This document shows positions 1 to 11,832 of a stretch of DNA of 64,000 nt, piece after piece (position 1 is the stretch's first letter; every line of letters starts with the position of its first letter). The notes under the pieces are model-generated. The model had not been told where the DNA came from, did not search any database, and saw nothing but the letters and a program-made list of their open reading frames with translations. The stretch covers positions 1,612,001 to 1,676,000 of the forward strand of contig OZ361261.1 of assembly GCA_977018835.1 (NCBI GenBank). Direction: 5' to 3'. A program made the position numbers and the translations under genes. The DNA is from Minutocellus sp. GHC0000111 (taxonomy: Eukaryota).

Positions 1-1214
1 CTTTTGCAACGATTCCTCGTCGATGGGAGATCCAAGGAACTCGCCGAGATCCCGCATTTCTCCAACAATATCTTCAAAATAGGATGTGGCATAGGGATAT
101 GGAAGGAGTGAGTTATACTGTGAGATTTCGAATCGTTCACAAAACGCATGAAGAAACGAACAATATTTCATAGGCCTACATGAATACGAGTGCCGTAACA
201 TGCGGAAGACTAATCCTTCTCACCTTGCTGCATGCTCTCATACGACAGGCAGAATATTCTTCCGTCACCGAACTTGTTGGCTAGCTCTCCTGCTGCCTCG
301 GTTACGATCGCCCTCTTCATTTCGGACTCGTGTATTTTGCTCCATAGCTCGGTGACATTGAGATTGATGGTCTTGGGCAAATTCTTGATGCAGTCCTCCC
401 CACCTGTGAGTTTCTTCCTCCCGCACAGGGCCAGCTGCTTGTGACTGGCGATCGCTGATATGGCCCGCTTCACAGAGTTGGTCCGCACCAAGACGCCCAT
501 GGCGAGGTTGGGATCGGCACCAAAGATGTCCCCCCATTCCTCGTCGGATAGGTCGGGAGTTTCGACGTGACTCTCGTGTGGGTTGAGGGTGGCAATCGTC
601 ACGCCGATGTTGTCGGCATCCTCCCCCGCGTTCTGCAAGCACTCGCTCTGCATCCCCCCCTCGCTGCGGGGCACGTGGCGGTTGGGTTCGTTGATCAGCT
701 TGCCGTCCGTTTCATGTCCAAAGTATTCCTTGAGCCATTCGACGGTGCCCGCCGCAGTGGCCGTCTTGGTCGTTTCGTCGCGGTCCTTGTCGCATTTGGT
801 GGCCTCGTGCGTCCACACCATGTTCTTGCCGCTGGCGAGCTTGACGGTATTCCCCGTCCATGCCAGCCAAGTGGATCCGGTGCGGCTGTATTTGAAGATG
901 AGGAGCGGTCTCTCCTTGAGGTCCTTGGGGTTGCCCCGAGCGCATTGCGAATGAACCGCACCTTGGTCCTTCTCCTTGACGTCGTCGACTTCGTCCATGA
1001 GTCGCCGGCGGCCACGACGTGCGGTCATTTGTGCCACCGGAGAAGAAGAGGAAGACGTCATTACATTCGAGCCGTCATAGTCTGCGGCAAACGCACGCAT
1101 ACTTATAGAGTGGTTGTTGGAAAGAGCCACATAGGTACAAATTAGACCGGCAATTGTTGCAACCACCGCAAGACTGGTCGAGGCCGTCCGATTTGCTTGA
1201 GAACGATGTTCCAT
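1..1214 (-). CDS. Sulfotransferase-like type II membrane protein (3' end runs off the window); exons 1214-224 and 71-<1
   Basis: N-terminal TM segment (LAVVATIAGLICTYVAL) and a PAPS-binding-like motif LLIFKYSRTGSTWL. GT-AG intron 223-72 joins YESMQQ to DIVGEMRDLGEFLG, typical of a sulfotransferase C-terminus. Confidence 0.7.
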
Positions 1215-1564
1215 TTTGCTTCTTGTTATATTGTGTGAAGGTATCGAGGCCCGTGGTGAAGTTGCCGTACAATAAGAGACTTGCTCGTTGGAATTTGACT
1301 GGAGCTGGTAGTCACTTTGCGCCAGAGCTCGGCAATAAGAAGAAGGCCGAGAGCAAGTAAGTGAGCAAGTGGCGCATCCGCCATGCATGGCGTGTTCGAA
1401 CGATTTTGCGCCCCCAGCCAGAGCAGACTTTCTCAAATTTTGGAGTGGCTTTGCGGGAATAGATTGAAAGATATCGGGACTACTTTGTATTTGCATCGAT
1501 TGGCGAATTCACAAATCACAACATCACAACATCGATCCGATCCGTCCATTTCAAGCAAGCAACC

Positions 1565-3245
1565 ATGATGGTCCGGAGAATCGCCGACGTTCTGATCCTG
1601 CTCCCCCTCATCGTCCGATGCCAAGATGATGAGCCAGCATTGTCCGAGGGCGACGACAACAGTACCATCGTTGACTCCACACCAATGACTTCCTGCAACT
1701 GCACGGGGTGTCCCAACTCCGACCGTGTTTCGGTCGGCCTTCACAAGAACCTTATCTCTGAGATCTGCCCCGAGGGTTCGGTCGCTACGGTGACCACCCT
1801 TCGAACGACCAACACAAAAGGTGGACTCTCCAACTACGATCTGTTAACTTGGAATGAGGTAAGATGCATTAAATGATTTCATGCCTTGTGAATACATGTT
1901 GTGCCTTGTTCAGGTTGGATCGTGGGAGACAAAAGCCCTCTCTGATTCTCACCAAGAAGAATACAATCACATCGCCCATACATACATTTAGGGAGCCTTA
2001 TCGGGCGATTTGTCCATCAACCCACCCTACATTTATCGGCAGGCCAGTGAGATTGATCAGGGCACAACATGCTACGAGGCCGACCCCGATGTTCTTCCGG
2101 TGATTGGCGATCAGACCACCATCAAGGTGACACTGAATTGCGAGGCGGTGATATGTGACTTTCAGTGGGATGCGCAGTTCGGGTGCGCCGAGTTAGGCGT
2201 CCTTACCACTTCCGTGGATGGCGGTTTGCAGGTGCTGAGCGATGTGGACGACACCATTGCTTGTGCCAGCCCAACCACAACCTGCGACTCTATCCCAGCA
2301 TGTACGTTGGAGGGAACAATATCACATTACCTCGCAGGTATTGATCGAAGGCTCGAACACAAGGAGATGTACCCTGGCGTCGCGGAACTGATGTTAGGGC
2401 TGGCGCTAGGTCCAAAGGATGGGAACGAGGGACAATACATTCCGGCCAAGCCCATGATGTTGAGTGCTCGGCCGCGTGAAGCTCAGCTCGTTTTGGCCAT
2501 TGATCAGGACAGCGAGCGCAATGTTTATGCCGAAAGTACAGGAGATCGATTGAACTACACGAATTGGGGTGTCAACACCGACTCGTCCATGTACGGAACC
2601 ATATTTGATGGGACAAGCTTCAAAGAATTTGGGGAGACCAAAGCAAAGAGTTACAACTCCATATCAACGGAGCGACCTAATACGCGTTTCGCATTTCTGG
2701 GCGACAATGGTCAAGGGGACGTTTGTGCTGCACAATCCATGTTGGAGTCGACCAACGGCGATCGTTTGGAGGTAGTTTTCATCCACGAGGTCCAAGATCC
2801 TGAAGAGGCACACACTGCCTGTGAGCATCCCGATGGGGGTGGTGAATTTACCTTGGACTTGCCAGAGAGCGACAATGTCCACTATCACCGCACTCACGCG
2901 GAAGCGGCTCTTTGGGCTCTGGACAAGCAACTCATTTCCTGTTGTTCTGCCCATAATGTGTATTTTGCTATCAACGAGTTTATCGAATGCCGGTGCGACG
3001 GCATTTGTCCGGAAGGAGGGCTCAATACAGGCTTTGTGGATCTTGCAAGTAGGAATGAAACTCTGGCATATTGTGATGAATTGCGGAAAGACCAAAAGGA
3101 CTTATTGAGCGCAGTCGATGATTGTGATCCTGCAGGAGAATGCCCAAACCATGCAGAGGTTGATTCCAGCTCGGCGAACAATGGGATGCGCTATTCTCTC
3201 GCCGTCGGTGTACTTTTGAGCCTTTTGAGTTCCCATGCATTGTGA
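1565..3245 (+). CDS. Secreted, probably GPI-anchored APP1-type (HAD) phosphatase; exons 1565-1858 and 1992-3245
   Basis: Signal peptide; GTAAG...TTTAG intron 1859-1991 joins the two ORFs in phase 0. Motifs LSDVDDT, YPGV, LSARP and FLGDNGQGD; hydrophobic C-terminal tail. Confidence 0.7.
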
Positions 3246-3382
3246 CTTGCAAGCTAGAGTAGTGCGAAGTATTGATAATAAATAATGGGAGGTCTAATAA
3301 AGCGAAATTTCGTCCGATCCGCCTGACAGATGACATTTAATATTTTTATCCCCAATGGAGCCGGCATATGCTCACAATTATG

Positions 3383-4963
3383 TCAATCAAGTTGCCAGCA
3401 CTTGACTGTATGGTCGACACCGCCCGATACCATGATTGGCAATGTATGATGCATCGCAATCGAGGTCACAAAATGTGGATGGGCATCGTCAATTGTACGA
3501 AGACAGCGCTTGGACTTGACATCGAAGACTCTTACCGACCGATCATCTCCGGCGCTAATGATGAAGTTGCCTGTCGGGTGGACCAAAACACTCCTTACCC
3601 AATTTTCGTGCGCATTGAAGGTAACAAGGCACGATGCCTTGCTGATCGACCAAAGCCGGACCGTGCGGTCACGTCCGCAAGATGCCACGAGATCATTCAA
3701 CTCCTCAGCCTTTTTATCCGCCGCGCTCTTTCGGCCATCCGATCCTCCACTTCCACCAGCACTGCCACCAACTAATTCTGCCCTTGCAGCCGGCGTCGCT
3801 GCGCATACAAATGCCAATGCCTCCACCACGTGCTCGTGTCCACGGAGCTCGCAGACCTTCCGCCGATCACCGCCGGTCCGGTAGACGTTGACGACCGTAT
3901 CGTTGCCACTGGTAGCAAGCATCTCTCCATCCGACTCCCGAACCGCCACCGTACGGACCCAATCGCTGTGATCCGACAATGTGTGGACGCAGAAACCCGT
4001 CTCGACGTCCCAGAACTTGACCGTCTGATCGCGGGAGGCCGATACCAAATGAGCCGCACCGGCCGCGGCGACGCTAATTCCCGTGGTAGAGGATGCCTCG
4101 GCGGCCCCTCCTGCGGCATCTCCGCCCGCAGCTGCTGATGACAATGACGAGGCCGAGGACATGGCCGACAACGGGAGGGGTATGAACCGCACGCACGAGA
4201 TGGTGTGGTCGTGACCACGGAGGGTCCGCACGCAGGCATAGGTGGAGAAATCCCAAAGCTTGATGGAGAGGTCCGACGAGCAGGTGGCCAGGTGCGATCC
4301 CGTCGGGGTGAAGGCGACGGAATACACCGTATTGGTATGTCCCTTGAGAGTGCGAACGTAGTCACCAGATTCGTGATCCCAAACCTATTCAGAACAGGTT
4401 GAAACGAGCAATCCAACTGACTGTAAGCAACACAATATGAAGGAGCCACAAAAAGTAGTAGAAACACCGTAAATGCCCAACACCGCACTCACCTTGACTG
4501 TTCCGTCTTCGCTTCCGCTGACCGCCACGGTGTAGACGGGATGGACCGCCACGCACGTCACCTGTCCCTGATGGCCCTTGAGGGTGTGGACGGCGGGCGG
4601 TCGGGGGATCATCCTCCGACCGGCCGCGGATCCCGCAGCTCCGGCCCCGGCGGCTCCGTCACCAGCACCGGCCAGCCCCATCCCGGCCCTGTGGGCGTGG
4701 ATCTTGGCGCTCTGCGCCGCGGCCCGCTCCAACTCCAGCACCTTCTTCTGCAGGCGGGGGACGGCCGTCCACTTCTTCTCGAGGATGGGAGCCGATGAGG
4801 CAGCAGACGCAGACGCCGGCTTGCCGGCCTTGGCCTGGCATGCGGCCGGATCGGCCTCCGCCAGGGCCGCGGCCGCCGCGGCAAAGTGATCCCCCGGGCG
4901 GGAGAGGAGATACTCGTAGATCCCCGAGTGCAGGTCGGCCCGTTGCCGATTGGTGAGGACCAT
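3383..4963 (-). CDS. LIS1: LIS1/PAC1 dynein regulator (LisH, coiled coil, WD40); exons 4963-4493 and 4384-3383
   Basis: N-terminus [19 protein letters not shown], then [19 protein letters not shown] and about 7 WD40 repeats. Intron 4492-4385 restores TVK|VWDHESG. Confidence 0.93.
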
Positions 4964-6024
4964 GGTGAGGTGTTGGTTGTTAGGTTATGCCGTTTTTTTT
5001 TAGACCTGTCGACAAAAATTATTTGCTCGAACCGGTTGACGAAAGATACGCGCACTTTCGCGTCGGTGAACGAATTGAGCACCTACTAGACAGTGCTGAT
5101 AGTACGAGTGCGCCCCTACCCTGCCTGTCTAAAATGGTGGAAGGGGGCGCGGCGGGGGGTTGTTTCGAGAGGTCAAGCAAGATGGCGTCAGGCATCAGGC
5201 AAGGCGGAAAATGGCATGGCGTTGCGTGACGCTCCATAGCATTCGCATAATCGAGCCAGCTCTCTCTCTCTCTCTTTCTGCTGCTGCCCGCTGCTGCTGC
5301 TTCTCTGCCGCGTGCGATCTCGAATCGCAGATCTATCGGTAAGTTATAACTATTACCTCGCATGTGGCTGTACATCAATTGTCTTAAGAGTACTTTTTTT
5401 TGTAAAACTGGAACATTTTTAGCTAAAAATGCCGATGGGCTCAACAAGCTTTCTCCTCGATATCTCCGTTCCACGGCAATTTTTACATGGTCAATCCTTC
5501 CTCACCTCACCTCAGGAGGCACACGCTCGACCACTTCCCCGGAGGATTGACCATAACTTGATGCACAACTCTCAAACGAGTGGGCTTTGGAAGCAAGGTT
5601 TGTCGGCGTTTTTGGTTTCAATTTTAGGGAAAAGTCCTCTTAACAGCAGTCAATCTTACGCATAGAGCCTATCGTCAGCAGCCAAACAGCTGTGCAACAT
5701 GTGATCGTCTGAATGACGAGAATATTACGTCATATGGATACGCTCGCTGTTCCCGTCGAGCACACATCATGTGTCGTGCCAAGATCTGGCAACGTATCTC
5801 CCAACGTAGATGCCGATCGCATCAAGTTGGAGATCAATCTTATCAAATCTAGTTTAATCTCTCTACTCTAGTCACAATCTATTTCCAACAACTTTATACA
5901 ACTACTTTATTCTACCTTTTCGTATCTCTGTACCTCGTACATAGTGCAGCTGAGAGACGAAAAGCGAGCTGCTGACACCAAATGATGAGTGATGATTTTC
6001 CGCAACTCTCATCATCATCTAATC

Positions 6025-7065
6025 TTATTTTGTGGGTGGCCTGGCAAATTCAGGACCATCCTCCATGCTCTCCACTATCTTGCGTTCTATCATTTCCAAG
6101 TCCAGTGGTGCCGGTTCTTCCCCATCTATGATGCCAGTGCCGCCAGACATTGCCCTGTGAATGCCTCGTTTGATCTTGCCGCCAGCTCCTCCTCCATTGG
6201 CTCGGCCTGCTCCTGATGATCCATTGCTTTTGCTGTTTCCCATCCCTCTTTGCGACCCAGAACGAGCAGCAGCTGCCCTTTGCTTCCGCTCTTTCTGCCG
6301 GCCGATCCGTTCCTCCCGATCAAAGTATCGCTTGGCAGCGTCGCCGATGTGTCGATCATCAAATCGCTCCGTTCCGAACTCATCGTCGTCCAGCTCGCCA
6401 TATTCCATGCTGGTCTCGCTCTCATCACCGGACGAGCTGCCATCGCAATCACCATACTCGTTGCGGTAGCCCCCAATGCCGCCCAAACCACCGCCCTTGT
6501 CGTGATGGTCGCGATACAGGTCTGTGGAAATTGCCGCGTACTCATGTCCATCTATGCCCCGTTTCTTCCTTCGCCGCCGTCCAGTTTCAGGGCACATGCC
6601 ACACCGCTCGCAGCACGAGCAGCAGCACCTGTAGAGCACGACCACCACGACGGTGAAAATCGCCGCAAAGAAGAATCCCTCTATGGTATCGTACAGGATG
6701 GAATCGGGGTCGACGTAACGGGCAAGAGAGAACACGGAGGGGCGATTGCTGTCACTGCTACTAGAAGAAGATTCCGAGGCATTGTTGTGAAACTCCTCAA
6801 AGTCATCGTCTACCGAAAAGGATTCTGGTGAAGAATTCACCTGCTGCGGATTGGAATTAGAATGACCTGGACCGGCCTTGACGCCCAGTCTTCTCCTTCG
6901 TATTCTCTGCGTTGAGCCGTTGAGAAACTGCGTCGTGCTTGCGACGGATGATGCCGAGACAAATGACATGGAAAAACATAAAATGAAAGAACACACAAGA
7001 TGTCGCATGTGACCATGAGGTCGCCTCGGCCTTTGACGGCCTGTGCCTTTGCTGGACATTGCCAT
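6025..7065 (-). CDS. Hypothetical single-pass membrane protein with a Cys-rich juxtamembrane motif
   Basis: 346-aa ORF with an N-terminal hydrophobic segment, a TM helix (FFFAAIFTVVVVVLY) and the following motif RCCCSCCERCGMC. Confidence 0.6.
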   Translation of the reverse strand: MAMSSKGTGRQRPRRPHGHMRHLVCSFILCFSMSFVSASSVASTTQFLNGSTQRIRRRRLGVKAGPGHSNSNPQQVNSSPESFSVDDDFEEFHNNASESSSSSSDSNRPSVFSLARYVDPDSILYDTIEGFFFAAIFTVVVVVLYRCCCSCCERCGMCPETGRRRRKKRGIDGHEYAAISTDLYRDHHDKGGGLGGIGGYRNEYGDCDGSSSGDESETSMEYGELDDDEFGTERFDDRHIGDAAKRYFDREERIGRQKERKQRAAAARSGSQRGMGNSKSNGSSGAGRANGGGAGGKIKRGIHRAMSGGTGIIDGEEPAPLDLEMIERKIVESMEDGPEFARPPTK

Positions 7066-7267
7066 GATTGTGCTCTCGGTAACGGTACGAACTCGTATTA
7101 GGGTAGCTTCCGCTGATGGCCCGATTTTTTCCGATTATTACTCTTCTAATTTGACAGTTGAGGCTACATAGAGGGGAAAATTCGTTTGAGGAGTGTCATA
7201 ATGTCTGTCCGTCTCCTCCGATCTGCCCGGCCGACACTCTTTTCTTACCCATGCCCAGGTTACCAAC

Positions 7268-8279
7268 ATGATGATGATGATGATGATGATACTGCCACGA
7301 CGGGTTGCCTTTTCGACCGCTCTCAGCATTGCTTTCGTGGCGATCAGCACAATTTGTGTTGACGTGGATGCGTTCGTTGCACCAAGTGCATTGACCACTG
7401 GCGTGTCTTTTCCGTCACCATCATCGGCCCTGGCCTCCTCCTACCTTGACTCGTTGGGGAGTCACGACGGTAGCAGTGGAAAGGCTGCCTCTATGTCGCC
7501 ACCAGGAGCCGCCTCTTCGACGCAGGGCCGACTTCCAATCATTGCTGGGAATTGGAAGCTCAATCCAGCAACTCTAGGGATTGGCGTCGAAAGTTGCCGA
7601 TGCCAGCACGGTGGAGGTGGTTGTGTTCCCACCCTTTCCATATCTGAGTACAGCGATATCTATGTTGGAGGGAACAGGTATCAAGGTTGGGGCGCAAAAC
7701 TGTGCCCTGCAAACATCTGGCGCCCACACTGGCGAGGTGGCTGTGTCCATGATTCTGTCTCTTGGGTGCGATTATGTTCTCTTGGGACACTCTGAACGTC
7801 GTTCGATCTACGCCGAGACGGAGAACGACATCAACACCAAGGTTCACCTGTGCTTGGAGGAGGACCCAAACTTGGGTGTCATTCTTTGCGTTGGCGAAAC
7901 AGAAGAGGAATACGATTCTGGCCTGCTTCGATCCATTGTCGATGTACAAATCAAAAAGGGTCTTTCAAAAGTAACTCAGACAGATTTGTCTCGTATTGTG
8001 ATCGCATATGAGCCTGTCTGGGCTATTGGTACCGGTAAAGTGGCAACACCGGAACAGGCGCAGATTGCGCACGAAGCCGTCCGTCAGACACTCGCTGACA
8101 TGTTTGGAGCTGCTGCTTCCCAGGCCGTCAGAATTCAGTACGGGGGTAGTGTGACACCGGAATCAATTGATAACCTCATGATCATGCCTGATGTTGATGG
8201 CGCTTTGGTAGGCGGTGCTTCTTTGTCTGCTGATTCATTTGCTCGCATTGTTGGAGATGGAGCTGCTGCGGGTCTATGA
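7268..8279 (+). pseudogene. TPI: Plastid-targeted triosephosphate isomerase with a frameshift near 7575
   Basis: Signal peptide + DAFVAP and IIAGNWKLNP in the 5' frame; LGHSERR, IAYEPVWAIGTG and YGGSV in a different frame. No intron repairs the junction. Confidence 0.85.
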
Positions 8280-8397
8280 GAAGCGTGCTGAGATTTGCAT
8301 GACTCGAGAGAGAATTAATTAGCAATGTTAGCGTCATGAATTGGTAGGGTTCATTGTTACTAGATATTTCAAATCGCCAGCAAAGGTCTTCTAAAAT

Positions 8398-9611
8398 TCA
8401 ATGCGGAACGGACATCCAATCATGCTGCCCCATGCACAATGCCATGCATACCAGGCCGAGGAAGAAGAATGGTTGGCATTTCTTTTGAAACTCGACATCC
8501 TTCAAAACTGGATCGGCCAGCAGCAGGGTTTTGATGTAGTAGAGTTGTGGTGGGATAAGGGAACAGCTTATTGCCAATGCGAAACCGCCCTCTCCTATGG
8601 AAAATAAGTATGATATGATGGTAAGCTGAGGAACTATTTGGGCGACAGCGCACATCCACTTTGCCGCATCAATACCATACATCACGGGGATGGAATCAAT
8701 ACCAAACTGCTCATCTCCTTCGATTGATTTGAAGTCGTTTGCGATAGCCGGGCCGATGCCTGCGAGAGAGTACACCAGGGGTATTGCCCAATGCTCCGGT
8801 CGATCGAGGGAGCTAAATGCTGCATGACCCCATAACCAAGGCAAGGTAATGTAGCACAGTCCAATGGCCAAGTCGCCAGTCCATCCGTTCTGTTTCAACC
8901 GCATTGGCGGTGCAGAATAAATGTAGCCGACGAGGGTACCAATCGCAGCGCAGAGGAGTACTGCTGGAAAATCATTCCCGGCCCATTTGTCGATTCCAAA
9001 AGCAATGGCAAGGGAACCTAAAATTAAGAAGCAAATCTGCTCCATGATCTGCTTTTCCGATATTGCACCACTGGGAATCGGCCGATAGGGCTCGTTCACT
9101 GCATCAATTTCCCGGTCATACCAGTCATTTATTGTTTGCGAATATCCCTCCATGAAAGGTCCGGCGAGTATCATCGTAAGAAGACCCCTTGCCGCATCTT
9201 GCATTCCAAGCATTACGTCTCTATCTGCTGGATCAAACGGGTTGTACATCCAGTGGTAGTTTCCCGAGGCGGCGGCTCCGCATAAAACACCTGCCGCGAG
9301 CGGAATCCAAGTGATTGGTTTCATCAGTTGTAGCCGGATCTTCCACAAGGGCGTGTCGTCGGTCGCAGCAGTGGCCTTGGGCATGCCCAGCAGTGCTCTT
9401 CGATCGGCTTCTTCTTTATCAATGTGAAAGTTGCACGGGATTCTTTTGTCGTCTCGGGCTGTTGCTGATGAAACGTTGAATGGGCTGAAAGTTCATGGCG
9501 CATCAGACCAGGTGAGTGTACATGTTGGCGTCGAAGGCTAGTAGCAGGTTGAAAAGCGTCGCTGCACGCGCACGCAAATGTGAGCAGTAGTATTGGTATC
9601 AAAGGATGCAT
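8398..9611 (-). CDS. chlG: Chlorophyll synthase (UbiA family), divergent; presequence is out of frame with the catalytic part (shift near 9420-9490)
   Basis: QLMKPITWIPL, QTINDWYDREIDAVNEPYRPIPSG and NDFKSIEGD motifs. The upstream frame encodes the MHPLIPILLLTFACACSDAFQP plastid presequence. Confidence 0.85.
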
Positions 9612-10320
9612 CGTTGGAGTCGAAGGTTGATGAATTGATGGCAACGAAGAAGGCCAATCCAAGGGCCGGCCGCGGCTTCTTTTTCGAACCGTTTGAACTT
9701 TTGCTCCGGGTTCTTGTGGCGAGAAAAACTTTTTACGCGTAGAACGCACATTGCTCTGTCATCATTGCTTTGTCCTCTGCTTTACGCGTAAAAGCACTGA
9801 TTCCTACATGTATGGAAAATTTGAAAACCCAAATGCATGTGCTCTACTGCGCTCCTCCGGCTTATTGTCGTCATATCCTCATAATTGGGTGGATGGGATG
9901 ACGTTCATGAATGAAATGAAAATGAAATTGGAATCTGTTCTGAAATGCGCAAGGTTTGACCAATGCGGGGCGGCGAGAGAAAGGCAAGCATGAAAATCAG
10001 AAATGCGCCATTATTGGTTGTGGGACCGGTAAGAAGTAGAATTGAACCGCAAGTTATTGGGGCGCAGCTGCTTCATCGCTTTCATTTTCATATCAATTTG
10101 TTTGCTGCATAATCTATTTTCCATCGCCACATGCTCTGTTTGCGCCTACGCGTGGATTTATTTTGCCGCTCTCCTCCAATTCGATCGCATGCCGATGCAC
10201 ATGCAAAGTTTTTTTCTTGTTGGGCAATAAATCGAGAGTATATTTTTTCATTGTTGTCGTATCGCTACCGCTCTTCCACGCTAGAATGCATGGAACATGA
10301 TAAATAGAAATGCACCCAAT

Positions 10321-10350
<30 letters not shown>

Positions 10351-10351
<1 letters not shown>

Positions 10352-10537
10352 GTTAGTCCCAAAATGCGCAAAGGCGATATCATCCATGCTAAATATTCAT
10401 TATTTCTCGATTGATCCCAGTTTGCAAACTGAGATTGTGCCTATGATCCCAGTTTCCAAACTGGGATAAATGAATCTCAGTTCGCAAACTGTGATCCCAG
10501 TTCGCGAACTGGGACAGTGCGCATTTTGGGACTAACA
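10351..10537. mobile_element. MITE-like element with perfect 20-bp terminal inverted repeats, flanked by TA repeats
   Basis: TGTTAGTCCCAAAATGCGCA (10351-10370) and its reverse complement (10518-10537); (TA)n on both sides; four internal palindromic units. Confidence 0.85.
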
Positions 10538-10935
10538 TATATATTCTCTACATACTTCAAGCAAGTCTTCATTCCTTACCGTTCGTCCTCCTATTTCATC
10601 GGGCTCACAAGTCTACTTTCTCTGCATCACCCGGACATTTATTTATGTCCATGCTGTGCGCCCAGTTATTGTTGCCTCGGCACCATATGAAATATGGACC
10701 CATTTGGGCATAATTTGATATCTTCTATCTCAACAAGCAAGCGTATGTGGGAACGATTTTTAACGCACTCTCATTTCCATTCGGTAAGTACCTATTTTGA
10801 GTATGGAGATAAGGCTATCATAGCGCTACTTCTTCTTGTTTAAACTCATTACTTGTATGTACATCTAATCGCTATTGTTCTTGTTGGTATCTAATCAGCT
10901 GATGTGTGCTGTATCGATATAAACACTCGGCCATT

Positions 10936-11832
10936 TTAATCCATTGTGGAGAGGAAGTCAATGAAATCATCATTGAGCATTTGGGATAGGTCGTCACTGG
11001 GCGCGCCGATCTCGGGCATATCGAAACTGTCCAGGACGCTCACATCCCCTCCTGTTGCTCCTTGACCAAGGAGATTGGTAAGGCTCATATCCATAGGAGC
11101 AACGGGGAAGGAGGTCTTCTCGAAGAAGGCCTTGGGGTTGGATAGGTCCATGATATCGGGAGCTGCCAATTTCTTGATGGCAATTGGAGTGGTAGATTGG
11201 ACAGGCATCGGTTTGGGAAGCTGCTGCAGTTGTACTTGTTGAGTTGCAGCTTGTGGCTGTGCTGGGGGTGTGACGGGAGTCGGGGCGACCTGGTTGGTAC
11301 TTGTTACCGGGGAAGGAGCCATGCTAGGTTGCTGCTGAGCAGTGGCAGAAGGAGGCGATGGGCGAACGATATATGCCTGCTCCAGGATCTGCTCGAGGCT
11401 TGGCCGAGCGAGGCGAAGTTCATGCCATGCCTGGAGTTTCTTTGCATAGATGGCCTTCTCGCGCTTGGCCTGCTGCTCGAACGGACGCTTGGATGCCTTG
11501 TCGAGGGTCTTCCATTTATTGGCAATGGTCTTGGCAAGTGATTCGAACCCAATCTTGCCATGAGATTTGCGGTGCTTGCGCTTGTTGCCATCGGCACCGG
11601 TGGGAGGATCGCCAACAATGCGGTTGCGCTCGTGCTGGAAGAACAGATTGTATGCTGATAGGGGACGCTTCGGTTTGTCAGCTGGCTTCTTCCACGTCTT
11701 CTTTTTTTTGTGGACGACCGGCTTGGTCGATTTGGCAGTGGAGGAAGTGGGCATGGCAATTCCAGGAGCACTCTGGATGCTGCTCGGGACAGCAATTGGC
11801 ATGGCGGTGGTAGTATCAGCGATAACAGTCAT
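10936..11832 (-). CDS. HMG-box transcription factor
   Basis: KPKRPLSAYNLFFQHER...HGKIGFESLAKTIANKWK HMG box followed by a P/Q-rich tail. Confidence 0.9.
   Translation of the reverse strand: MTVIADTTTAMPIAVPSSIQSAPGIAMPTSSTAKSTKPVVHKKKKTWKKPADKPKRPLSAYNLFFQHERNRIVGDPPTGADGNKRKHRKSHGKIGFESLAKTIANKWKTLDKASKRPFEQQAKREKAIYAKKLQAWHELRLARPSLEQILEQAYIVRPSPPSATAQQQPSMAPSPVTSTNQVAPTPVTPPAQPQAATQQVQLQQLPKPMPVQSTTPIAIKKLAAPDIMDLSNPKAFFEKTSFPVAPMDMSLTNLLGQGATGGDVSVLDSFDMPEIGAPSDDLSQMLNDDFIDFLSTMD

Noticed and set aside
1911..1913. Alternative acceptor CAG for the APP1-like intron
   Set aside because: It would read into the in-frame TAG at 1989-1991; the acceptor at 1991 gives an open frame.
5019..5665. 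ORFs upstream of LIS1, with CT/CTG microsatellites near 5260-5300
   Set aside because: Promoter-region low-complexity sequence with no coding evidence.
10413..10515. CRISPR-like array of palindromic repeats
   Set aside because: Spacers are 9 bp or less, or overlapping; the context is eukaryotic with no cas genes; the units are better explained as MITE subterminal repeats.
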